Of a stretch of DNA of 64,000 nt, positions 52,306-64,000 are shown piece after piece. The DNA is from Lingula anatina (Eukaryota; Animalia; Brachiopoda). The translations under genes and the position numbers were made by a program. The first letter of the stretch is position 1. Each line of letters starts with the position of its first letter. The notes beneath the pieces are model-generated. The model had not been told where the DNA came from. It worked only from the letters and a program-made list of their open reading frames with translations, and did no database searches. Where the stretch lies: positions 19,902,001-19,966,000 of the forward strand of contig CM120641.1 in the NCBI GenBank assembly GCA_051362555.1. Reading direction: 5' to 3'.

Positions 52306-53006
52306 CATAACTCCCCTTCCCAAACGGTCTGATTAAGACTTCTTCGATGTGATATTTTTTTCTATAATGCAATTCATATCTCGTTGGTAATAAACACTTT
52401 TACAGTCCCCAGATATTGGACAAGAAATTGTATTTTAATCAGAAAAAAAAAAACTGTAAAGAGGGGGGTCTATTTTGTCGTCATGAGCACTTCCTCAATT
52501 TTAAAATAAACAGTCAATACACGAGTATTATGCTGATGTTAAATTTGTTATAAAATATTTAGTAAGCTCTTAAAACAACATAAAGCTTTGCATCTAGAAA
52601 AGATCCATGGTATTTTTTTAAGTCGTGGACTTTTGTCGACTTATCTACTTTCAGCAGGGTAACAGATTTAAAAGTTGTTTTAAGAAAACAATTTAAAATC
52701 CTGTTATTATCAGATTTTTGTTGTTCTACTTTCTTTTGACTCCCCTTGACCATTTTCTATTTGCGAACGGCTGCGTGTTCCACAGTTCGGTTGGTAGAAT
52801 CCATATTTTAGTGACGTCATTTAATCTCAAGGGAGCCATGTTCTGTTGTATTTGTAGACAGGGACTGACACAGCGGTCGATATTTTCTCATTAAGGTGGG
52901 CTTTTGCTGAATTGCAGGTGAATATTAAAGTTGATTTATCGAGGATCGAATAGAAACTACTGAGCAAGCGCAAATCGAAGAATCTGACGGTGGTTGGGAC
53001 TTTAGT

Positions 53007-56000
53007 ATGAGTTCAAATTCACACAGAAACAACCGCACTTTGCAAGAAGAGGTGGAAATGTCGAACAGAAATCGCCCTAGCAGTGCCCAGTCAAGGCAAG
53101 CCTGGTCGGACGACGGGAGCGACCGCCCGGACTCACGCCAGGGACGCGATGGAGGTTTTCGGGAGGATGCCGATCTGTCTCTCCCCGCAGCAATGGAAAG
53201 CGACAACTACCTGAATACCGTCTGCGTCCAAGAGCGTGATGAAGTGGAGGTGCAAGATAACTCCAATGGTTGCTGGGCCAAATTCAAGAGAGGTGTCAGA
53301 TGTAAGTTGTAAAGATGCTAGCATTTCCTACATTTTAAAATAAATATACACTGCTGTTACTGTGCCCCAAATTTTCTTGAATTTTTAGAAGAAACTTTTT
53401 TTTTTTTTTTGGGGGGGGGAGCTTAGTTTTGTGAACAATGCCAATGGTTTAATACGTTCTCTAAAACACCTCAAGAAAGATAATGTACAAAATAAGATTT
53501 AATGTTAGATAAAGCATCATGTTTTGATGGATGACCGAAAAAGAACATTTATAACTCATTGTGGGATTTTCATCGCTAGGGTAAAACATAAAACATTTCC
53601 ATCCTAGATCTGACCTGTTACTTTGCTTGAAAAATTTATTGAAATTTTTTGTCAGGTGGCAGGTCAATGAAATATATATAAATATCAGTAGTATTATGTA
53701 AAAATAAATAATGCCAAGGGAAAAAATATGTATGATTTTATTTTGTGCTAAAAATGAATAAGTAAAAGTATCTTATAATTCTTTTTCCCGAAATTTTAAT
53801 ATACAGACAATTCTAACTTGCCAGTGGAAAGAAAAATACTGTTAATGTTAAAACATTGAAATATAGACAGTGGATATTTGTTCATAGCTGAACAGTATTT
53901 GTTAAAAGGAGATCAGAGTTTATCCAACTTTTTTTTTTAATTTGCTTGCTGCACTTATTAAGCCATTCCATTTGTGCTAAGAAAAGTTTTCACTAGTGAT
54001 GCGAAAAGGTTTTTATTTACACATTTAGACAAACTTTGTCATAATTTATTGTGTTAAAGCAAGACCGAATCATCACATCATCAAGAAAGTTTGATTGCCA
54101 AATATTTGAATTATTAGCTTCATAAACATATAATACGTTGCACTATATGGACATAAGTTTATTACATAAAATCTCATCTGTGTTTACTTTAAATTACTTT
54201 TGTGGGAGTGAAGTAACAAAACATTTTTTCATTACAAAAGAACAAGCCGATTGAAAGTTGTAAGGGTGCGAAACAAATTACTTATTTAGGTTTATGCATA
54301 TGAAGGCCTTCAAAACATAATAAGGTTTAAAGTTCTATTGAGATATTTACCATTTTTGGTGTATGGTTTATTATAGAAACTACAGACAGTAAATCCTGAA
54401 TTGGGTTCACTTGATTAGGTTCCTTAAACAAATTGCTTTGAATTCAGATGTAAGGTTGTTGGGTTAATTGTTATTATATTTCAAAAATCATATAAACAAA
54501 GTATTTTATATGAATTTTTGCACCAGGGCATGTTTAACTTTCCATTCTTCATCAGTATGATAAAATTTTCTACAACCAAATACATTCTTTTCTTTTCTTT
54601 TATTTCGAATTTGTATATTTATGTGCTCATTATAAATGTTCTTAAAACTTGTTAATTATACTCCTGTACAAAATACTGAATGATTTATAAACATACAACT
54701 TTTATGGAATAAAAATTATTTACTCTTTTACATACTCTAAGATTATATTTTCTTGCCAGATTATCATTCACTACTAACTTCTTACATAGGTACAATGAAA
54801 CTTAACATATTCCAATTAAAACTTCACATTTTATAGCTATTTGGCAAACCAAGGATATGCAGGATGAGGATGATGACAATAAGGACTTCAAAGTGGTCAC
54901 AACCATACGAGAACTGGTCATTTATCTCGTATTCTTGTTGGTTCTTGTTGTTTGTAAGTAAAGGATACTAAATCCTGGACGTGCATGTGTTGATATTGTG
55001 TGTACTTTATTTTCCAGTTGTATTTATTTTGTTTTATTATATTTGTATTTTCTTTTTGATGTTGTCTTATTTAGATCCTGATATAGATCAACACAGAGGG
55101 GTTGTACCACCAAGCAGAGATTCACCTTTTGTTTATAGTGCATTATTATGTCTCTTGTGTTTTTATTTTATGGTTTATCTGTCTCCCTTAAAATAGCACT
55201 TTGGGCAACCAAGCACACTGAAGACACCAAGACTGATCGAGAACTCTATGTTAAAACCACTTTGAGAGAGCTGGTTATCTATCTTCTTTTTCTGACTGAT
55301 TTGACTATTTGTAAGTATTTGTGATAGTGCATTTTAGTTTGTAAATATGTTATTGCACTTTTCTGTCCTGGATATATGTTTTTTTCTCTCATTTTAAATG
55401 GTCAATCTATTTTTTGTCACTTTTTTTTGTCTTGCAGTAGAAAATGTTAATATGTTGACATGTAACTTTTACAATTTAATGATTGTTTTTAGTTTTAAAA
55501 AAATTGAATTTAACCAATTTGCAAGTTGAAGTATTTGTACTTAGAACATGCTAATGCAATTTTTAACTCCCAAGCACAAAACACGTAACGTAAAAGTGAA
55601 TTGAAAATTAGTGATTTATATAACATATTTAAAAAAGAGCATTAAAAAAAAGAGTGGAATGAAGGACTAAATGAATGTGTTCCAAAAGCCATTTTGATGG
55701 CACAGTGTGTTTGGTAATGGCAAACTAGGTGGTGGTAGACTTGCACAGGAAAAAGAAGATCGATGTTACCTGTGTGCTTGACAAAATCAATATGCAATTA
55801 ATACTGTGCTTGCTCACAGACCCTGGAAATTAGACAATGATACTGTTAATCCAAAATCAATTATTCAGAGACTGGCATAGAAATAATGTCTTTGTCAAAC
55901 AGTTTCTATTCAGAAGAGGCAGTAGTTGCTACAAAACAGTTATATCTGTTTTAGCTATGATCATCGATTGTGCCGTTAATGTTCTGAAGTTTTACAGCCG

Positions 56001-59000
56001 TCAGCTTTGTAAAGTTTCTAGCTATTAACTTGTTCAGTAATTTGTCCCATGGTGTTCTAATTGCATATTTTGAAATTATAGATTATTGGAATGGCATGAT
56101 TAATTATTGACCTTTACAAAATGATATTGGTTATTAATTGTGAAAATCATTTGAGCTAGAAAATGTTTTTTTTTTTTTTTTTTTTTTTTAATTGGGCAAA
56201 AAATCCATGAATCATGACATTTCTTTTGGGATAGAGTTTTTGGACTTTTGCCAAAAAAAATTTTTTTTTTGGTCACACCTCTCTGTACGTCATGACATCA
56301 ATGGCAGTGAAGTTAATTTGAGATACATGCAAGATATCCATTGCTTTTTAATTACTGTTAGAGTGCCAATCAATATAACTTCATTTCAAGTTTGCGTGCT
56401 TACAAGGAAATGACCAAATGAAAGTGCATAATTCAGTACTTTGTGGGAAATAATATCCTTATTTTTAACATAACCAGGAAATTTTATAGCAGTCTCTAAT
56501 GGCATTACCAAAGTTAAAGCATACAATAACAATGAAAAATAACAAGACACGACACTAGAAAAAGTATTTGTTTTTTGATTTCATTAAAAAATTTTATCAT
56601 AAAAACAAATGGTTAATTTATATAAAGCTCTTGTTTGGATATATGATTTTTGGTAAAAGGTAAATATAAGAAAATGTCTTAAAATGGTAGTTACATTGAA
56701 TTTTCTCTTCCTTGTCTTGGCTACAGTTATTGTGATTGACTGATGGCCACTAAAAAGGCTATAAGGGCGAGTCCAGTATGCATGACACCGACACTGAGAA
56801 AAAAATATATATATGTAGAAAAAGAATTAATTTATTTATAATAATCAATTAACTAATACTTTCTGAAGTTATTATTATAAGATTAAGTTAATAAAATTCC
56901 TCATCTTTAAACCTTAGTGACCTTTGGCATGAACAGTGAGACTTACTACTACTACACTAAGGTGATGAGTGAACTGTTCTTAGATGGTCAGTTTGCCGAC
57001 ACCAAGAACACTTTCCGAGGAATGACTACAATGCAGGACTTCTGGAGGGTAAAGATATGCTTATATTTATACAGATTTGAGATTTTATTTATTGACATCA
57101 AGAATGATGGCATGTTAAATTAATGATATGAGGAAAATAGATGTATTGATTGTGGAATTTATAACAAAATGCAAACAAATAAATTAAAAGATTTTAAGTA
57201 ATAAATCATGGAGGTAATTAAATTAAGAATTAAAGAAAAAAATGAGTTGTCTTTAGTCTTATTTTACTTCTGCCTCAAATAACAGTCAACCAGTCACAGA
57301 AGTTGAAAACTTCATCATTACTATATGAATTGCTGAATTGCTCTTACACTACAAATGTCTAATAACATTTACAGTTTGCCGAGGGACCTCTGATGGACGG
57401 ACTTTACTGGGAAAAATGGTACAATGGACAGAACGTCAGTGACAGCCAACTTGGATACGTCTTTCATGAGAACAAACTCCTTGGTGTCCCTCGCCTGAGA
57501 CAGCTGAAGGTCAGAAACGACTCCTGTGAAGTTCATGATGACTTCAAGAATGAGATCAAGACTTGCTATGATGCCTATGCAGAAAGTATAGAAGACAAGT
57601 TTCCGTTTGGGAAAATGAATGGGACGGCGTAAGTAACCTTAATTTGAACATTCATAGTATCCAGCAAACAAAAAAATACTTATCTTTTTCAAATGTTTTT
57701 TCTTAATTAAGAAGCTTGAGCAACATTGTGTACATTGTATGTGATGTCTTATTTTGTAAAGTTTCTCACTTGGCAAAAAAGGCATGTTGAATAAAAAACA
57801 GCACCTGTAATGTGTAAGTCATCTTTTTTCAGTTGGGTCTATCAGACTGAAGATGAACTGGACGGCTGGGGACACGAAGGTTTGATAAGTGAATACGGTG
57901 GAGGAGGTTTCGTCCAGAACCTCTTGTTGACCAGGGAAAAGACTGAGCCCATCATTGCTGACCTGAAACAGAACCTTTGGCTGGACCGTGGAACCCGAGT
58001 CGTCTTTGTAGACTTCACTGTGTACAATGCTAATATCAACCTGTTCTGTGTTATCCGGTAAGCTACTTTGATCTCAACAGATTTAGGGATAAAAAGCAGG
58101 TACCTGGTAAATGTTTTACATTGTCTAAAGCTTGCAAAAGTAACTGCACAGTAACTGTTCTAACGAGACCCTTTGGTTAACTTTTGCCATTTAGCTCAAA
58201 ATTATGAGAGAGAAAATCTGGTCTTTTAGGTGGCAATTAAAATGAAACAAGTGTCATAATACTATGTGCGCATTAAACAATTTTAAAGAACATTCTTTGT
58301 GTTTTGAGTTGTCTCTGACATTATGTTTTCAGACTGGTTGTGGAATTTCCTGCCACTGGAGGAGCTATTCCATCTTGGTCTTTCCGTACAGTCAAGTTGA
58401 TCCGCTATGTGTCCATTGGAGACTACTTTGTACTGGCTTGCGAGGGCATTTTCTTGTTGTTCATCATCTACTACATCATTGAGGAAGCATTGGAGGTGAG
58501 AAATTTGTTAATGAACATTACTAATATTTAATTTTATACATTCTGGTTTAGAATACAAAGGTGATGGGATTTGACACATAAGGTAACAGAACTTTAAAGC
58601 TTGTGAATAAAATGCATTTCTGTTTGGCAAAAAAATGGTACTCCTTAAGATTTTTAACTTCGCATGATGTGTTCTACAGAGCATTTATCTTCATTTTCAG
58701 ATTGCCAAGCACAAGTGTCAATACTTCAAGAGCGTCTGGAACATCCTGGATATCGTCGTGATTGTGATCTCTGTGGTCTGTACCGTGTTCAATGTGTATC
58801 GGACCATAGCAGTAGGGAACATGCTGGAATCGCTGTTACAGAAACCGGATGAATTTGCCGACTTTGAGTTCCTTAGCTGGGCTCAGGTCCTGTTTAACCA
58901 GGGCATTGCTTTTGCCGTCTTCTTCGCTTGGGTGAAGGTGTGAAAATTTGCTATAACAAGATTTATATATTTTTGTATAGAATAATCATTTCAAAAGGTA

Positions 59001-59635
59001 TCAATACTGCATGACTACTTAACATTTTGAATAAATGACCACTTTCAGTAAGCATTATGAAAAATATTGTAAATATCTGTCTTGATATTTAGAAGGGAAA
59101 AATTCAATATTTTTCATATTATTACATCTAATTAAAATCTTGTGAAGTTAATTCTCTAATTACGTATCACAAAACTGAGTTACTTTGTGTAATAAGGAAG
59201 TATATTGATGCACAGTTGTTACAATTTTTTCCAGATTTTCAAGTACATCAGCTTCAACAAGACTATGACCCAGCTCTCCTCCACCATTGCTAACTGCGCC
59301 AAGGACTTGGCAGGATTTGGTGTCATGTTCTTCATCATCCTGTTCGCTTTTGCCCAGCTTGGTTACCTGATCTTCGGTACCCAAGTCAGGGACTTCAGAA
59401 GCTTCCCTGACACCATGTAAGTGTCCACATTCATCAATTCTTCTTATGAGCCTTTTTATTTAGGTGCATAAAAATGTTATGTGCCATATTCAATAAAGCG
59501 TCTTCTTTTTGATGAAAACCCCAAATTTGCAGCAGTATTTTTATGGCCATGCATTGAATATTCTTACTATAACATGGAAGCGAACTGAAATTGAAAATTT
59601 TGTTGTAATTTGTATTCATGATTTAATATAATGTA

Positions 59636-59703
<68 letters not shown>

Positions 59704-62167
59704 TTTCAGCCTTACCTTGTTCCGTATCATCCTTGGTGACTTTGATTTCCATGAGCTGGAAGCTGCCCACCGTGTTCTGGGTCCACTGTATTTCCTCCTG
59801 TACGTGTTCTTTGTATTCTTCGTACTGCTGAACATGTTCTTGGCCATCATCAACGACACTTACTCTGAGGTGAAGGCTGATCTGGAGAACCAGGAGAATG
59901 AATTCGAATTGCAGGACTACTTCAAGAAGGTAAATCAGTAGGCTGAAAACACTTGGCAATGTTTTTTCATTACCTTCTGGCTGGGTATATCATTTTATTG
60001 AATCTTGGGTAAGAAATTATATAAAAAGCACTACTGAAGCAGACAACAAGGAGTTAAAGGGCTTATAGTGTTAAATTTGGATTTTATTGACAAAAACAAA
60101 ATTTATATTTAAGTTTGTTTGTTTTCTAGGGCTACGACAAGATGTTGGACAAACTGAAGTTCAAGCGTGATAAGATCATTGACATCCAGAAGGCCATTGT
60201 TGATGCTGACGCCAATGCTGACAAGCAGATTGACTTTGATGAATGGAAACGTGACCTGAAAGAGTGAGTTGTCATATGTGGAAAATTTCTCCATAATGAC
60301 TTTAAATTGTTTTTAAATTATGTTCTATTTCAATGACCTCAAAAACAGTTGTTAAAAAGTTTTTTCTTACAGATAGGCATCAAGATCAGATACTTATATG
60401 AAAGTTTATTTTCTTAGGAGTTGAGAGCAGGAAATGATATGTTTTCTATTTCTTTTCAGACGTGGTTATGCTGACAGTGAAATTGAAGCTGTGTTTGCCA
60501 AATATGACTTGAACAATGATCGTATGCTTGATGAAGAAGAAATCCGCAAAATGCAGGAAGAACTGGAAGGACAAAGGGTAGGAAATGATTTTTACCTAAA
60601 GATTATAAGAAGTTTTACAAGTTTGTTGACAGTATATGGATAGTTCTATGAATCTTCATGTGCTAAATGTTTAAAGATACAGATGTAAAGATATAGATGT
60701 TTAAAGATGCAGATGTAAAGATATAGATGTTTAAAGATATAGATGTAAAGTAAAGATAATTAGAGAAAATATTTTGTTTTTCAAAAAAGTTAACTCCTAA
60801 TCAAAATGGAAGTATGTCTTTTCAAATATAAACGTATTCTTCCTTTAGATGGCAGTTGACAAGGAATTTGAAGGTCTTGAAAACAAAGAAGGAGAAGCAG
60901 CAGCCAGACCAAAGAGTTCAGCCCGTCGCAGATCAGCCAGACCAGGTAGTCGGAAAGGAAGCAGCAGATTCAGTTTCGGAGACGACAGTGGTGATGATAG
61001 CGATGATGAAGACAGTGGAACACGATCAGGAAGAACAGGACGCTTTGTCAGTGGTGTATCATATGAAGAATTCACAGTCCTCTCTAGGAGGGTAGACAGA
61101 ATGGAACATTCTATAGGCAGTATAGTATCCAAGATAGATGCTGTTCTTGTCAAATTAGAAGCCATGGAAAAAGCAAAATTAAAACGAAGAGAAACCATGG
61201 GGAAAATATTGGACAGTATCACAGAGGTAAATTTCAACACTGTGATTTCCTTCTTTTGTAAAGTGAAAAAGTAATATATCTTTTCACCATTTCTTCCTTT
61301 GTATAACCATTTATTGTTTGTACAGCCTGTTCAAGTGAACAAAAGTCTTTCAAGATTCTCTTTGCTTTTCTTTGGGGAAGCTGCTCCTTTTGAAAATTAA
61401 AAAATTTGAGGTTTCTGTGATGATTTCTATAGATATTAAAATTTGTGCCAATTGGTGGAATTATGCGACAAGAGCATTCTTACATGTAATTTTACATTGA
61501 CTTTTCAGTCTGAGGGTGTAGGGGATGATGAAAAGCGTGACCAAATGGAAAAACTTGTCAGAGAAGAACTTGAGAGGTGGGACTCTGAACCATCCATCCA
61601 ACAGAGTGGCCGTGGTGCCTCGCCACGCTCCCCACCATCTGGTGTAAACGTAAGTTATTTTACATCACTAGCTGAATTAAACTAATTTTAATATTTAAAA
61701 ACACATATAGAAAATTCGTCTACCCCCTTGAGATAAGGGATTAAAATGCAGTTTGTATAAGGATGAGAAAAAAAAAAGAAGAGTTGTGTTTAGAAATTTG
61801 CATGGAACTGTAGATGAATAATAATAATATTTATATATGTCAAAGTGGAATTGTATGTGAAAGTTTACACAGTCATTATTATTATTTACATGCAGTCATC
61901 TGAAGTGTAAACATGACAAGGTAACATAAATGTGATTTTTTTAATGTCTTGTTTTGATGTCTGTCATGGTTACTCTTATGAATGTCTGTTTCACCATCAC
62001 TGGTAGGATATTAATTAATGCATGTCTGTTATTAAAAAAAATTTTCATTTAAGTGTTTTGTGCTTTTTGAGTAACTTCATTTGCCCAGCAATAACACTTA
62101 TCTGTTATTAAAGATCTACTTTTCCTTTTTTTAGGACACAGACCAAATGGGATCACACAATGTGTAA
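53007..62167 (+). CDS. PKD2: Polycystin-2 / TRPP channel, paralog B (~870 aa)
   Basis: Exons 53007-53301, [54837-54953 or 55197-55310], 56918-57048, 57375-57628, 57833-58057, 58333-58495, 58701-58937, 59235-59416, 59710-59929, 60130-60263, 60460-60577, 60849-61226, 61509-61649, [61896-61920 optional], 62135-62167. Exons 3-11 have the same lengths as in paralog A and the same TRPP motifs. The start could instead be the Met at 53058. Confidence 0.93.
54837..54953 (+). CDS. PKD2: PKD2-B exon 2a (pre-S1/S1), one of a duplicated pair
   Basis: tag...GTAAGT, phase 1-1, 117 nt: [39 protein letters not shown]. Confidence 0.85.
55197..55310 (+). CDS. PKD2: PKD2-B exon 2b (pre-S1/S1), one of a duplicated pair
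   Basis: tag...GTAAGT, phase 1-1, 114 nt: [38 protein letters not shown]. Confidence 0.85.
59641..59698. repeat. (TA)29 microsatellite next to the PKD2-B exon 9 acceptor
   Basis: Direct reading; acceptor AG at 59708-59709. Confidence 0.95.
60668..60750. repeat. Short tandem repeat (aaagatatagatgt variants)
   Basis: About 5 copies of a 14-16-bp unit in PKD2-B intron 11. Confidence 0.8.
61896..61920 (+). CDS. PKD2: PKD2-B stop-containing micro-exon (SSEV*)
   Basis: tgcag|TCA TCT GAA GTG TAA ACATGACAAG|gtaac; phase 0 after exon 13. Confidence 0.7.
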
Positions 62168-63572
62168 AGAATAAACGGACTTTCAATTATTTTTAACCCC
62201 AGCAAAGATACCAAGTAATCTCAAGAACTCCAAAGAACTATTTATTTTGTTTTTAAAGCTTTTTTTATTTGCATTTAACATGTTAGTATTATGCAGAGTA
62301 TTGTGTGCATTTTACTTGATGGATATTTTCTTATTACGAGATGTTACTACTTACAACTCAAGTGATGTCAGGGAAAACAAAGTAGTCAAGATGATATGTT
62401 TAGTGGCAATAGCATCTATTTACTTGCCAGTGTAATTCAGCATTTGTGTTCGACTTAAAAAACTTAATTGGATATTACTAATTTCATTGAAATTCACGAT
62501 TTTGAAGTTTTATCTAGATTTAGCTGGTCTAAATTAGATACAAGAGATATTTGCCAACATTCTCATTCTCAAACAAACTTGACTCGTGAATTTTGAACCA
62601 AAATTTTTTTAATACTTTCTTTCAACACATTTTTGTAGAACTGCTTTTTAGTTCTGTATTGTATCAAACAAACTTCAGTGATTTAACTGAAGTGCAAAAT
62701 GAGCTAAATATTCACTGCACATCTCATTCCGTCCTTACAGTAGGCTATGCTGTACTTAACGTTAGTGTGAATTGTATTGGACTAATTGAAGGCCATGTGA
62801 GTTTTGCACCAGTGTAGCAGCACAAAGCTGTTAGATAATCGGCATTGGGTTAAGACAATCGCAAACAATGTAAATATAACCCAGAAACATTCAAGGCTTG
62901 AATTGAAGGGATTTTAAGTTCAAAGAGGTTGGACAAGGGACCAAAACTAACAACTGCACCGTCCAAGTAAACAATTACAAAGAGCATGGTTACACTTTGA
63001 TATGTTTTAATAAATGTGGAGGGACCAAGAAGTGTTAAAAGATCTTTGGCTGGATTCAGTGCATTGCATGTGAAAGTTTCACTCCAAATTATTGCACATT
63101 CTTGTCCACTTAATACTTTTGCCAGTTCTGTTCACCTAATTGTATGAATGCAATAAAATGTTTTGTCAAAGCAACAAAAGTGTTAAAGTTTATTTACAAA
63201 ACCTTGTGACTTTTTCAAAATGAATTATTTTTGTAAAAAAAATTATTTCAGTTATATCACTCACTATACACACTTTCAAATGGTGTTTTCTAACTAAATT
63301 ACATTCCTTTACGAGGAAATTTTCATTCTTTAAAAAATATTTAAAATGACCAGGTTATATTTCTTCTTTATAAGTGACATTCATCTTATCATTAATTACG
63401 TGCCCATGAAGTTCACCAAACTAACCAGCAGCCAAAATCATTTCTTAGTTTGCATATAGCTGCTAACCAGTCCCAGATAGCCAATTTTCTCTTGAAATCA
63501 TGACAAGGAATTGCAATTTTATGCCAAATGAAATAAAATTGAACCAGTGACTGTTATCAATCCTATGGTGTT

Positions 63573-63847
63573 TTATTTTCTTTGCAGTTTCTTCCCTTTA
63601 AAGTTCTTCCCTTTTCCAGTTTTTCGAAACTTATTTCCATTTTTCCTTGGACCTCTTTGCTCTCTGTTAGATCTGTGTATTGACTTTTTGCTCTTAGTCT
63701 TATCCATACTTCCTTTACTTTTGTTACTTGAAAACTGTTTCTGAGGTTTTCTCTGCTGTCTACTGTTGGTTTCAATTTTCTTTCTTTTCTCTGGAATGTC
63801 CGTTTTCATCTTGCGTTTTCGCTTTTGTCCACCAACAGGAAAAAGAT
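63573..63847 (-). CDS. Terminal coding exon of an unidentified gene, Lys/Arg-rich (possibly nuclear/nucleolar)
   Basis: ttttcag acceptor at 63848-63850 (minus); open frame xLFPVGGQKRKRKMKTDIPEKRKK...GKNFKGKKLQRK*; minus-strand AATAAA at 63189-63194. Confidence 0.6.
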
Positions 63848-64000
63848 CTGAAAATACAAGATTTTATTGAAATAAAAAAAATTATTCTGACTCGCATCCT
63901 TATGTTGTCATTGAAAGTAAATTCCTCAAGCTATGGTAATAAATATAAAGCAAGATTCACAATATTAACCAATTTGCAAATTAAACGTTTGTTCATTGCA

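Noticed and set aside
52015-52332. 105-aa Gly/Pro-rich ORF
   Set aside because: Arises from repeat/MITE homopolymer runs; not a gene.

Overview
AT-rich, intron-rich metazoan genomic DNA, probably an invertebrate such as a lophotrochozoan (inference only). The window holds six genes. (1) The 5' part of a MEGF10/11-Draper/CED-1-like EMI+EGF receptor (minus strand, runs off the left edge). (2) A complete ADAM10/Kuzbanian-like metalloprotease (plus) with a minor-spliceosome AT-AC intron and two homologous alternative terminal exons. (3) A 3-exon mucin-like type I membrane protein (minus) whose tail resembles vertebrate PARM1. (4, 5) Two tandem polycystin-2 (PKD2/TRPP) paralogs (plus). (6) The Lys/Arg-rich last exon of an unidentified gene (minus). 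The main discovery candidate is a splicing architecture shared by both PKD2 paralogs: a duplicated pair of apparently mutually exclusive exons encoding pre-S1/S1, plus a homologous stop-containing micro-exon that adds a class I PDZ-binding C-terminus. Between the paralogs lies a TIR- and TSD-bounded composite element carrying a 93-bp palindromic tandem array. All exon models were read by eye from splice sites and reading frame; no database search was run, and recalled human sequences need verification.
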